Made by a program: the position numbers and the translations under genes. Shown here in pieces: positions 17,796-26,868 of a stretch of DNA of 46,322 nucleotides. Every line of letters begins with the position of its first letter. Within the stretch, counting starts at the first letter, position 1. Location: assembly GCA_038153405.1 (NCBI GenBank), contig JAYOYH010000006.1, forward strand, positions 1,472 through 47,793, given 5' to 3'. This DNA comes from Gemmatimonadota bacterium (GTDB taxonomy: Bacteria > Latescibacterota > UBA2968 > UBA8231). Under the pieces are notes generated by a model. It did no database searches, had not been told where the DNA came from, and saw only the letters and a list, made by a program, of their open reading frames with translations.

Positions 17796-19745
17796 TTAGT
17801 CGATGGCCGTGGGAATATTGAGCGTGGTTCCCGTTAACAGCGTCGTCGTGAGGCTGATGTTGTTCTGGCGGGCCAGATCTTCGGGCTGCAGACCGAACTT
17901 ACGCGCGATACTATAGAGCGTGTCGCCTTGCACTACGGTATATTGGCTGTCGCTCTTGGATTCGCCGCCAACGACCAATACCTGGCCGGGTTTGATTAAG
18001 GCGTTGCTGAGGCCGTTCCACGTCTGCAGGGACTCTATGCTGATATCAAAACGACGCGAGATGCCCCACAGCGTCTCGCCCTGCAGGACGGTATGCGTTT
18101 TGCGCCCGCTGGCATCGAGTGCGATTGGTGCTGGCTGCACGCGCGGAATGCGCTGCGTCCAAATAGTCAGCTTCTGTCCTGGCCGTATCAGACCGCTTTT
18201 CAGATCGTTCCAATCCATCAGATCGCGCAGCGAGACACCGTGTCGGTTCGCAATGCGGCCGAGGGCATCGCCGCGACGGACGGTGTAGGTAATCTGCGTG
18301 CCCTCTGCGGCGCCGACGGCAGCGTTGGCGCCTGCGGGAATATAGAGGCGCTGACCGGGGTAAATGCGGTTGGGATTTTGCAGGCTATTGGCGGCAATGA
18401 TCGTGCGAGTGCTGACGCCGAAGGTTTGGGCTATGCTCGATAGGTTATCGCGTTGCTGCACCTCGTAATGGTACACGGTAGCTTTTTGTGCGGCGGGCAG
18501 GCGGGCATAGCGGTCGAGAAAGGCGCTTTCGGTGCCCTTGGGTAGGCGCAATACATAGGGCTTTTTAGTGCCGGGAGGCGTGATGGATTGGCGCAGTTCG
18601 GGGTTGAGTGCGCGCAGCGCCGACTCGTCGACGCCGATGGCATGCGCTGCTGCGCGCAGATCGACGTAGGGCCACGTCGCAGGTAGGGTGACTTGGTCAT
18701 AGGCTAAGGGCGGTTCAAAGGCGATGTCTTCGAAGCCGAATTGCTTCGGATCTTTGGATATGATGGCCGCTGCCATAAAGAGGGGAACGTAGTTGCGCGT
18801 TTCTGTGGGCAGTTCCAGCTGCCAGAAGTCGCGCGTTCCCGCCTTGTCTATGGCGCGCCGCACGCGCCCGCGTCCCGAATTGTAAGCGGCCAGGGCCAGC
18901 CGCCAGTCGCCGAACTCACCGTAGAGACTCTGCAGGTGGCGCGCTGCGGCATAGGTCGATTTGACTGGGTCGCGGCGCTCGTCGATCCAGTGGGTCTGCT
19001 GGAGCCCTTCTAACTGACCGGTGCTGGCGACGAATTGCCACAGGCCCACGGCGCGCGCGCGCGAGTAGGCGTTGGGGTTGAAACCGCTCTCTATCATCGC
19101 GATAAAGAGCAGGTCCTGCGGCAGATCGGCCTCCTGCAGCACGCGCCCTATCATGTCGCGATAGCGCCCTGAGCGCTGCGCCCATGTCGCATAGGTCTGT
19201 CGACCGCGCGTCTGGAAGAAGTGGATGCTTGCCGCCACGCGGGCATTGGCATCGATCGGCATGTCACAGCGACGACTCAGCTGGTGGATACGCACCAGCT
19301 GGGACGCGTCGTCGGAAAGGTCTTCGATGCGCTCTTTCGACAAGCCTTCGAGGAGGAGTACCAGCGGACTATCCGGCGAAAAACGCTCTAGGTCGGGTAG
19401 CAGGTCGAGGTAGGCCTGTTCTATATCTGCGGCTAGCTGCGCGCTGCGCGTCGTGTCGTCTATTGAGTCGCTGGCTTCGAGTTCGGCTAGGCTGCGATAG
19501 GCCAGATCGAGATCGCCCTGGGCGGCGTCGACCTGGCCCTGCGCTCGTGCCTCTTGTGCGCGCAGCAGATGCCATCGCGCCGTGCGCAAACCTATGTCGG
19601 ACTGCGCACGGTCTTCTCCGTCCTCATCGGCTTCAACGTGCGCGGCCGCCGGAGGCGTGGGGCGTGTCGGACCTGGCCAGATAGAACAGGCAGATGCGCT
19701 CAATGCAAGACCGATTAAACCGCACCAGGCGCGTGGGCCCAACAT
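17796..19745 (-). CDS. mltD: Membrane-bound lytic murein transglycosylase D-like lipoprotein (SLT domain plus 4 LysM)
   Basis: Lipobox-like SASAC; IESGFNP.A.S.A.A.GLWQF, ALAAYNSG, ETRNYVP; four LysM repeats (V..GD/ETL..IA..). Confidence 0.92.
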   Translation of the reverse strand: MLGPRAWCGLIGLALSASACSIWPGPTRPTPPAAAHVEADEDGEDRAQSDIGLRTARWHLLRAQEARAQGQVDAAQGDLDLAYRSLAELEASDSIDDTTRSAQLAADIEQAYLDLLPDLERFSPDSPLVLLLEGLSKERIEDLSDDASQLVRIHQLSRRCDMPIDANARVAASIHFFQTRGRQTYATWAQRSGRYRDMIGRVLQEADLPQDLLFIAMIESGFNPNAYSRARAVGLWQFVASTGQLEGLQQTHWIDERRDPVKSTYAAARHLQSLYGEFGDWRLALAAYNSGRGRVRRAIDKAGTRDFWQLELPTETRNYVPLFMAAAIISKDPKQFGFEDIAFEPPLAYDQVTLPATWPYVDLRAAAHAIGVDESALRALNPELRQSITPPGTKKPYVLRLPKGTESAFLDRYARLPAAQKATVYHYEVQQRDNLSSIAQTFGVSTRTIIAANSLQNPNRIYPGQRLYIPAGANAAVGAAEGTQITYTVRRGDALGRIANRHGVSLRDLMDWNDLKSGLIRPGQKLTIWTQRIPRVQPAPIALDASGRKTHTVLQGETLWGISRRFDISIESLQTWNGLSNALIKPGQVLVVGGESKSDSQYTVVQGDTLYSIARKFGLQPEDLARQNNISLTTTLLTGTTLNIPTAID

Positions 19746-19748
19746 GGG

Positions 19749-20705
19749 CTAGTCCTTCTTGGGGACGAGGATTTGAGAGCGCACCTTGAGGGCATTGGGG
19801 TAGCGCGATTTGATCTCTTGCGCCGCGGCTTGCGCCGCGTTTTCATCAGCGTAATGTCCAACTTCGACTTTATACCACGGCGCTTTAAAGGCCACGTCTA
19901 TATCGCTTCTGCTGAGCCGCGCCATGGCCTTGCGCCGCAGACGGTCTGCTTCCTCGTACGAGAGAAATTGGTCTAGTAGCACGCGCCAGCCAAAAGTGCG
20001 AACCATTTCCTCGTTCTCGTCTTCGACGAGCCCACCCGGTGCCTCTTCGCTCGTGGCCAGGGGTAGGTCTGCCGACGGGGAGACCGCGGGCGCTGCGCTG
20101 CGCTGCACGGAAACGATGTAGGCATCGCCGTAGTCCGAGCTCAACTGGTTCACGCGTCGCAGCAGCGACTCGGCACCGGCGCGGGTGGAATAGTCACCGG
20201 CCTGAATCATGTACAGCTGATTGCGCTGCTGCACGTAGACAGCTGCGTTGAGCGATTGTTCCAACTCGGCGCGCAGCTGGCGGGCAGAGGACTCGTTGCT
20301 CAGCGCCAGCAGTTGGACCCTGTAAACGGTGGTGCTCAATTCGGTAGAACCATCGGCGATCGCGTCGTTCGCCTCGTCGCCGGGTTCGTAGACAACGGAG
20401 GCGCTCTCAAGGGCCGGGCGTGCCTCGTCATCGGGTTTATCGGCAATGAGATCGCCCTCGGGGGGCGGAGGCGTCGCGCCGTCGAGTTGCGGTAGCGACC
20501 GCAGCACCGCGCGTGCGAAGGTGGGTTGGATGAGGAGCAGATCTTCTTGCAGCGCGTGTGGGTCAAAGGATTCGCGCAGCGGCTGAACCTGCGCTGCTAC
20601 CTGTGCCGGCGGCAGCGGCGCGGCCACGGGTGTGCCGACGCAGCCCCACAGATAGAAAGCCACTGCGGGCAATAGGGCTCTTTCACGCGTTATCACGCTG
20701 GACAA
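19749..20705 (-). CDS. SPOR-domain lipoprotein (two SPOR domains)
   Basis: GAGGA RBS then TTG at 20705; LWGC lipobox; YRVQLLAL...YMIQAGDY and GWRV...PWYKVEVGHY SPOR repeats. Confidence 0.8.
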   Translation of the reverse strand: MSSVITRERALLPAVAFYLWGCVGTPVAAPLPPAQVAAQVQPLRESFDPHALQEDLLLIQPTFARAVLRSLPQLDGATPPPPEGDLIADKPDDEARPALESASVVYEPGDEANDAIADGSTELSTTVYRVQLLALSNESSARQLRAELEQSLNAAVYVQQRNQLYMIQAGDYSTRAGAESLLRRVNQLSSDYGDAYIVSVQRSAAPAVSPSADLPLATSEEAPGGLVEDENEEMVRTFGWRVLLDQFLSYEEADRLRRKAMARLSRSDIDVAFKAPWYKVEVGHYADENAAQAAAQEIKSRYPNALKVRSQILVPKKD

Positions 20706-20715
20706 GGTCCGATCC

Positions 20716-21768
20716 TCACGCTTCCTCTGCGTCCGATACCCAGGCGCGCAGGGTGGGTTCGAAAGGCGGGCGCGCCACGCCTCGTTCGGATATAATGGCG
20801 CTGACAAAGCCGTGTGGCGTTACGTCGAAGGCTGGATTGTACACTTCGACGTCGGCCGGAGCCGTTAGTTTGCCCATGCCGCGGCGAATTTCGTCGCCAC
20901 CGCGCTCTTCTATGGGTATTTCGTCGCCGCTGGCGAGGGTAATATCTAGCGTAGAGACGGGGGCTGCGACGTAGAAGGGCACGCCGTGCTCTCTGGCGAT
21001 AATGGCCAGTCCATACGTGCCAATTTTATTGGCCACATCGCCGTTGGCGGCGATGCGATCAGCGCCGACGATGCAGCAGGCGATGCGTTCCTTGCGCATT
21101 ACGGAGGCGGCCATATTGTCGCATATGACCTGCACCGGAACGCCGCTCTGCTGCAGCTCCCAAGCCGTCAGGCGCGATCCCTGCAGCAGGGGGCGCGTTT
21201 CGTCGGCAAAGACGGCGATGCGCTTGCCCTGTTCGCGCGCGGCATAGATTACGCCGAGTGCCGTGCCGTAGTCAGCCGTGGCCAGCCCTCCGGCGTTGCA
21301 GTGCGTTATGACTTGGGCCTCATCGGGCAGCAGTTCGGCGCCGTTGTAGCCCATGCGTCGGCAGATTGCTTGGTCTTCGGCAAACAGGCGCTCGGCAGTA
21401 GATAAGAGCTGCGCACAAACAGCGCCATTGTCCAAGTCATTACAGCGGGCGACGACACTTTCCATTTGTTCCAGTGCCCAGAACAGGTTGACAGCTGTTG
21501 GTCGCGTTCGAGCGAGGCGTTCGATGGCGGCGGCGACGCGCGCGCGGAACAGATCACTCGTACAGTCCATGGCTGCCTGCGCTCCGAGGACGACGCCGTA
21601 TGCGGCCGCCAGTCCGATGGCAGGTGCTCCGCGAACCATGAGAACTTCGATCGCCTTGGCCACGCTCTCGACGTCGCGACAGGTTGTGTGAACCAGCGCT
21701 TCGGGTAGCTGTGTTTGATCGATCAGGACGAGCGCGTCATCCTGCCATTTCAGCGTTTGAACGGGCAT
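20716..21768 (-). CDS. mtnA: S-methyl-5-thioribose-1-phosphate isomerase
   Basis: IDQT.LP, MVRGAPAIG, TRPTAVNL, THCNAGGLAT, ETRPLLQGSRLT, GADRIAANGD.ANKIGTY, NPAFDVTP. Confidence 0.97.
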   Translation of the reverse strand: MPVQTLKWQDDALVLIDQTQLPEALVHTTCRDVESVAKAIEVLMVRGAPAIGLAAAYGVVLGAQAAMDCTSDLFRARVAAAIERLARTRPTAVNLFWALEQMESVVARCNDLDNGAVCAQLLSTAERLFAEDQAICRRMGYNGAELLPDEAQVITHCNAGGLATADYGTALGVIYAAREQGKRIAVFADETRPLLQGSRLTAWELQQSGVPVQVICDNMAASVMRKERIACCIVGADRIAANGDVANKIGTYGLAIIAREHGVPFYVAAPVSTLDITLASGDEIPIEERGGDEIRRGMGKLTAPADVEVYNPAFDVTPHGFVSAIISERGVARPPFEPTLRAWVSDAEEA

Positions 21769-22175
21769 TAAGATTGGGAAAACTCAAAGGGCGTGCGCTG
21801 CTCTTGCGTGGGAGGCGACGTCCATTCATCGGCAAACTCCGTGCATTGAGCATCGCCCCAGAGGCGCTCCAGCGCGTAGAAATCGCGCGCTTCTTGGCGG
21901 AATATGTGGACAACGATATCGACGAAATCGACGAGGACCCAGCGGCGGGTCGCCACGCCTTCGATGTGCCACGGCGGGTCGCCGGCTTCTTTGAGCGATT
22001 GGGCTACTTCCTCCGCTAGCGTTCGGACGTGTTGTTCGGACGTGCCAGTGCAGAGGACGAAGTAATCGGCCGCATCGGAAAGGCCGCGCAGGTCCATCAG
22101 CAGAATATCCACGCCCTTCTTCTCCTGCAGCACTTCTACGATCTGGTCTATTCTGGGATCTTCGTGGTGTTTCAT
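21768..22175 (-). CDS. rsfS: Ribosome silencing factor RsfS (Iojap)
   Basis: EKKG.DI, ADYFVLCTG, WVLVDFVDIVVHIF..EAR.FY.LERLWGDA. Confidence 0.96.
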   Translation of the reverse strand: MKHHEDPRIDQIVEVLQEKKGVDILLMDLRGLSDAADYFVLCTGTSEQHVRTLAEEVAQSLKEAGDPPWHIEGVATRRWVLVDFVDIVVHIFRQEARDFYALERLWGDAQCTEFADEWTSPPTQEQRTPFEFSQS

Positions 22176-22205
22176 GAAAAGCGGTGGTTTCCTTTCACCT
22201 ATTTC

Positions 22206-22643
22206 TCAGCGAAATAGGTCGATGCGTTTAAAGTCGCGGCCGATGACGATAGTGACATCGGCGAGGCGGAAGTCCTGGTCGACCTGCTGGTCTATCAGGT
22301 GCGGTATGCCAAGCACGGCGGCTACTTGCTCGGCGCGCTGGCGGTCGCCGCCGCGGCGTATGACCATTGTGTGCTGGTAGCCAAAGTGGTCGGCATTCCC
22401 CTCGTCGATTACGTCCAAACCGACCTGGCGTGCTCGACGCGTTAGGCGTGCCGCCACTCGGGGGACGCCGCAGCCGTTGAGAATTTCCACGCGAACCGCT
22501 TGCGGTAGAGGAGCGGGCTCTGCGGCTGCGAGCGGTGCGACGGAGGGATCGATGGACTGGGATCTGAACTCTGGCCAGGCAGCGATGGTCAAAATGACGG
22601 TGCTGGTCGCCGCAGCCAGAAGCCAAAGTATCTTTTCGTGCAC
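22206..22643 (-). CDS. LytR C-terminal-domain membrane protein
   Basis: N-terminal TM, then VRVEILNGCG...GNAD.F.Y..T...ADVTIVIGRDF. GTG start at 22643 after GGGGAG. Confidence 0.88.
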   Translation of the reverse strand: MHEKILWLLAAATSTVILTIAAWPEFRSQSIDPSVAPLAAAEPAPLPQAVRVEILNGCGVPRVAARLTRRARQVGLDVIDEGNADHFGYQHTMVIRRGGDRQRAEQVAAVLGIPHLIDQQVDQDFRLADVTIVIGRDFKRIDLFR

Positions 22644-22990
22644 TCGGGAGCGCTCCCCACGCCCAGCGCGGCAGTCAAACAGACCGCTGTGCGCGAGCAA
22701 AATAGACGTTTTAAATGAATAAAAAACGGCCAATTAAGTCAACTCTGGATGGGCTTTGTAGGCGGGCAAAAAGGGCGGTTAACGGCGCCAATTCAGGTGC
22801 CATGCGCATCGGTACAATCGCTGAATTGCACGTGGGCAAAGTCGTGTTACTGCATTTTTGTCCGCAGCGCGGTAAAGCGATTTAATGCGCGCGGCTGCTG
22901 CGGACAGATAGTGGATGTGCTGAGATGAGTGCTTAGATTAGTTAGAGGTGCGCTAGGTCAATTCACAATGTGCAGTTTAAGCGGGTATAA

Positions 22991-23962
22991 ATGGCGAGTG
23001 TCGAAAAAATTAGAGAGGCAGATTTTGTCGAGGCGTTTTCGATGGGTGACTACGTGGCGTGCTGCGGCCGGGCGTTCCAACTTTTTGGCGACGGTGTGTT
23101 GAGCAATCCCCCGCGGCAAGAACGCGTTGAGCGCCAGCGCGGTATGGATCACTTTAGCTTGGTTATGCCTGCCGAGTGGCCGGGTCGCTACAGCGCGTGC
23201 AAGCGCATCGAGGAATTCTCCGATGTGGCCAGCGGACAACTAGCCCGACGCGAGGCCTACATAGAACTGCGCGATTGGGTCGATGAAGAAGTCGTGCGCC
23301 TCGATGCGGGGCATATAACGGATGTGCGGACAGGTGCCGCAGGCGCGTTGGCGCTCCAGTATATCTCGACTAGGCCGATTCGACGCGTTGCTATTTTGGG
23401 CACGGGGCGCGTCGCGCGCGCGCTGGCGCTGGCCTGCGATAGTTTATTCGATTTGCAGGAGGTGCGCTGCACCAGTCGCCGAGCAGAAAACCGCGATGCA
23501 TTTGCCCGCGAAGTCGGCCCTAAGATGCGTGCTCCACTGCATATGGTCGCTGCACAGAGCGAATGTCTAAGCGATGTAGATGCGCTATTGACAGCCGTGC
23601 CAACGCCAGAGCCCATCGTCGGAGAGCGGGCGGTCGAAGAAATTGACTATCTCGTCGTTGTTGGGGGAGATAGTCGAACGCGCCAGGTAGAAGGCGCGGT
23701 GCTAGAGCAGCGTCCGGTATTGGTCGACCTGTGGGGACAGGCGGAAAAATCGGGCGAGTTTCGCTGGGCGCACGCGCAGCGGCAGCTAGAGCGCATTGCG
23801 CTGGTGCGCGGCGAGAGCGGAGAGGTATTGACGATCGGCGATGCAGCTCTGGGGCGCGCGCAGCGGTCGCGGGCCTGCGCCTATTTGACCGGATTGGCAG
23901 TGCAGGACCTGTGCGTTGCGGCAATGATTTACGAGCGTTGGAAGACCCAGAGCGCTACTTGA
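22991..23962 (+). CDS. Ornithine cyclodeaminase/mu-crystallin family protein (divergent)
   Basis: ITDVRTGAAGALA, Rossmann ILGTGRVA, C-terminal TGLAVQDL. Confidence 0.85.
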   Translation: MASVEKIREADFVEAFSMGDYVACCGRAFQLFGDGVLSNPPRQERVERQRGMDHFSLVMPAEWPGRYSACKRIEEFSDVASGQLARREAYIELRDWVDEEVVRLDAGHITDVRTGAAGALALQYISTRPIRRVAILGTGRVARALALACDSLFDLQEVRCTSRRAENRDAFAREVGPKMRAPLHMVAAQSECLSDVDALLTAVPTPEPIVGERAVEEIDYLVVVGGDSRTRQVEGAVLEQRPVLVDLWGQAEKSGEFRWAHAQRQLERIALVRGESGEVLTIGDAALGRAQRSRACAYLTGLAVQDLCVAAMIYERWKTQSAT

Positions 23963-26684
23963 ATAGACCAGAATACTTGAAGGTCATGATATAATCCTGC
24001 GACCCCTTGCGCTTGCTCTTGGGACGGGTGTCGTATACGTCCCAGCCAAAGCCGAAAAGGAACTGATCCTTGTAAAAGGAGATAGCCAGTCCAAGCGAAA
24101 CGGCCAGTGAGTTCTCCGTTGAAAGGGCTTCCAATACGTTGCCAATGGCGGTGAAGTGGATGCCCGAAATCGAGGCGTTGTCGACGTTGTGCCATCCGGC
24201 AAAGGCCAGTCCGGGGAGGCCAATAAGGCGCTCTGTCTTGCCTTTGACGGGCTCGCCCTGCGCGTCCCTATAGTCGCGTCCCGGGCGTATAGTTAGAAAA
24301 GACAGCAGGGGCTTGGCCTCGAACTCCCACTTCCAGCCGCCGGCCTGTAGCACCTGACTGATGCTCTGGGGCGGCGCGCCGGGATAGCTTCGCGTGGTAA
24401 TTTTTAGGCGCACTCGCCGCGTGTCCTTTTCCAATAGACGCAAATTGATGTCTTCGGCTAATACGCGCCCCTCGCTGGAATCGTAGATTTTGACCGAGGT
24501 TTGTTTGGTGCTGCCTTTGGGATCGTAATTGGCGTCGAGCGTCGTCCACTCGATGGTAAATTCGCGGCCAACTAGGGCCTGGCGCAGCGAGTCGGGCATG
24601 TCGAAGGCGACGTCTATTTTAGTCTCGTCCTTTTGCACAACGGGCGTGCTGTTCCACCCCACTGCCAGGGGCTTGCCCTGTTCTTTGCGCGTCGCAATGA
24701 GGCGGGTAATGCTGGCTAGGTCAATATTTTTTAGCGCGCCCTGACCCTTGAACGTCAGCGGCCGGGCCTTGTCTTTGACGTCGTTGCTGACCAACAGCAC
24801 GCGGCCGAGGCGTTCGCCCAGCGCCTGTGGGCTAAAGAATATCTTAAGGCGCGTCGATTCGCCCGGTCCCAGCGAGAAGTAAGTGGGATCGACGCGCACT
24901 TCCGCCGTCTCTGGGTGCGCCTCAACTTGCAGTGTGGTATCGCCTGAGTTGGTTGCGACCAGCGTGCGCTCTTCCGTATCGCCGAGCACGACGTAGCCAA
25001 AGTCGATGCCGCCCGTCGGGTTGATCTCAATTTCGGCGGCAACGCCGGTGCCGTTGAGCAATACGTCCAGTGTTTCCGTCCCTTCTTCCCAGAAGCCGTC
25101 AATGCGCAGATTGCCGGAAATGGTGCCGCGTGAAGAGGGATTGAAAGCGATGTGCACGGGCAGTGTGCGCAGGCTATTGGCCGGTAGAATTAGTCGGTCG
25201 GCAGGATCAATTTGCGTATAGAGCGTAAAGTCTTCGCTCGTCGAACGGATGTGGTTGATGGTGAGATCTGCGTTGCCGATGTTGGCCAGTTCTACGATTT
25301 GGCTGCTGGTCTCGCCGACGGCAATTTGACCGAAGTCGATGGTGGCCGGGCTGAGCTTGAGAAACTGTCCGATGCCCTGCAGGTGCAGCAGGCGCTCTCC
25401 ATCTTCGGTGGATACGCCGAGCGCCGCCTGGCGTAGGCCGATTTCTTTAGGAGAAAAACCAACCGATACTTTTCCACTTTCGCCCGGCTGCAGCAGAAGC
25501 GCACCGTTGCTCAGTTCAAATTCTGCACCGTAGTCTTCGCGCAGATCCAGCCGAGCGGTAAAGGGGCTTCCTCCGCGATTCCACAGCAGGACGTGGTCGC
25601 GCTGGGTCTGGCCTAGCGGGACGCTGCCAAAGTGCATGCCGGTGCCGTTGAGTACTTCGATGCGCGGTGGACTGATCCGACCTTCGCCGAGCAGGGGTAT
25701 GCGAAGGTCTGCCGCTTCGGGGTCGCTGGTTTGCAGGTGCAGCTGGCCGCTTGCCGTGCCTTCGATTTTTGGCTGAAAGCGCACCGGGATATCTAGCCGC
25801 TGGCCGGGCGGTAGCTTGGCCGGCAGCAGAGTGCTAGGCGGCAGAAAGCCGCCGCCCGTCACTGCGGCCGACTCGATCTGCAGATCTGCATCGCCGCGGT
25901 TGAGCACGGTGACTGTACGCAAGGAGCTCTCTCCAATGTCGACAGTCTGATATGCGACGCCGACTTCTGGCAGAGGCGAGACGGCCGCGCTCGGCGCGCG
26001 CACGTGTGCGCTGACTTCCAGTTGCAGAGGGGGGTGGTCCGGCGAAGTGATGCGCAGCACGTTCGTATACCGTCCGCCGCGCGCCGCGCGCAGCTGAATG
26101 GCTCGTTCGACTTGTTGACCAGGGCGTAAAACCGGCGCTACTTCGCCGGTTAGGCTGAAAGGCGTTGGGGTCTGCAGCCAGTATATGCTATCGATGCGGA
26201 CCGCTACGTCGCCGGCATTTTTCAACGCGAAAAAGGCTTCGCCTGCCTGTCCAAGATCTATGGGTTCGAACGATAGCTGGTCGGCCGGTAGCGCGGCGAG
26301 TTGGGCTTGGACGACGCGTGCGCGCAGAGGGATTGCTATTTCATCGCCCTTGAAAAAACCGCGGATCTGCAGCGTGAGAACGGCTTCGTATTCGCCGGTA
26401 GTCGGTGCGGCAAAGGCGACGGCTATCGATTGCTGAGATGCGGCCGCTATGCGCAGCGTATCCGGCGATGCGGAAAACGGCCCCTGCGGGACGCCGACGA
26501 TCACTTCGATGGCTTCGTCCTCAACGTTTCTCAGCTGCAGCTGGGAAACGGTGGAAACGCCCGGCGCCGTGGGCTGCATGCGCAGCGTGCTCGGCGTGAC
26601 CTGTATCGATTGAGCAACAGCAGCAGCGGTGAAGAAGAGGGCGGCCAGAAAGCCAACAGCCCACCTGTTCAGCGGAGATTTCAT
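23955..26684 (-). CDS. Exported protein with six ASH/choice-of-anchor-D Ig-like repeats and a beta-rich C-terminal region
   Basis: Signal peptide MKSPLNRWAVGFLAALFFTAAAVAQ; six repeats of the type (I/L)xFGxVxxG...L.N.G...L.I...L.PG......V.F.P...G...G.L. Confidence 0.85.
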   Translation of the reverse strand: MKSPLNRWAVGFLAALFFTAAAVAQSIQVTPSTLRMQPTAPGVSTVSQLQLRNVEDEAIEVIVGVPQGPFSASPDTLRIAAASQQSIAVAFAAPTTGEYEAVLTLQIRGFFKGDEIAIPLRARVVQAQLAALPADQLSFEPIDLGQAGEAFFALKNAGDVAVRIDSIYWLQTPTPFSLTGEVAPVLRPGQQVERAIQLRAARGGRYTNVLRITSPDHPPLQLEVSAHVRAPSAAVSPLPEVGVAYQTVDIGESSLRTVTVLNRGDADLQIESAAVTGGGFLPPSTLLPAKLPPGQRLDIPVRFQPKIEGTASGQLHLQTSDPEAADLRIPLLGEGRISPPRIEVLNGTGMHFGSVPLGQTQRDHVLLWNRGGSPFTARLDLREDYGAEFELSNGALLLQPGESGKVSVGFSPKEIGLRQAALGVSTEDGERLLHLQGIGQFLKLSPATIDFGQIAVGETSSQIVELANIGNADLTINHIRSTSEDFTLYTQIDPADRLILPANSLRTLPVHIAFNPSSRGTISGNLRIDGFWEEGTETLDVLLNGTGVAAEIEINPTGGIDFGYVVLGDTEERTLVATNSGDTTLQVEAHPETAEVRVDPTYFSLGPGESTRLKIFFSPQALGERLGRVLLVSNDVKDKARPLTFKGQGALKNIDLASITRLIATRKEQGKPLAVGWNSTPVVQKDETKIDVAFDMPDSLRQALVGREFTIEWTTLDANYDPKGSTKQTSVKIYDSSEGRVLAEDINLRLLEKDTRRVRLKITTRSYPGAPPQSISQVLQAGGWKWEFEAKPLLSFLTIRPGRDYRDAQGEPVKGKTERLIGLPGLAFAGWHNVDNASISGIHFTAIGNVLEALSTENSLAVSLGLAISFYKDQFLFGFGWDVYDTRPKSKRKGSQDYIMTFKYSGLFK

Positions 26685-26700
26685 GCGTAGAATGTAGGGC

Positions 26701-26821
26701 AAAAAAGAAGAGCGACCAACCCGCCAGAATATCGTTTACAACGTTTGTCGAAGCGCCACAGCTCAGAGGTGTGGTAGACTTCCTCTTGGATATTCTTTTG
26801 CGGATTCAGGTCGCTCTTTGT
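26701..26821 (-). ncRNA. Candidate structured small RNA (~120 nt), family not recognised
   Basis: Nested stems 26708-17/26809-18, 26718-24/26800-06 and 26726-33/26789-96; G-U pairs work only on the minus strand; upstream promoter and 3' U-tract. Confidence 0.65.
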
Positions 26822-26828
26822 AGAAGGA

Positions 26829-26858
26829 AACATAAGGTAAAAGGTCCCTCACTGTCAA
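26829..26858 (-). promoter_or_regulatory. Sigma-70 promoter for the candidate RNA
   Basis: TTGACA (26858-26853)-N18-TATGTT (26834-26829); predicted +1 near 26821, at the start of the terminal stem. Confidence 0.65.
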
Positions 26859-26868
26859 ACCAATGTGT

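Noticed and set aside
22168..22181. parS site (TGTTTCATGAAAAG)
   Set aside because: Lacks the central CG of the 16-bp parS palindrome and overlaps the rsfS start codon.
26701..26821. Identifying the structured RNA as SRP RNA, 6S RNA or SAM-I riboswitch
   Set aside because: No CAGG/GNRA/AGCAG helix for SRP; too short and no central bubble for 6S; only ATCCAAGAG resembles SAM-I and the other core motifs are missing.
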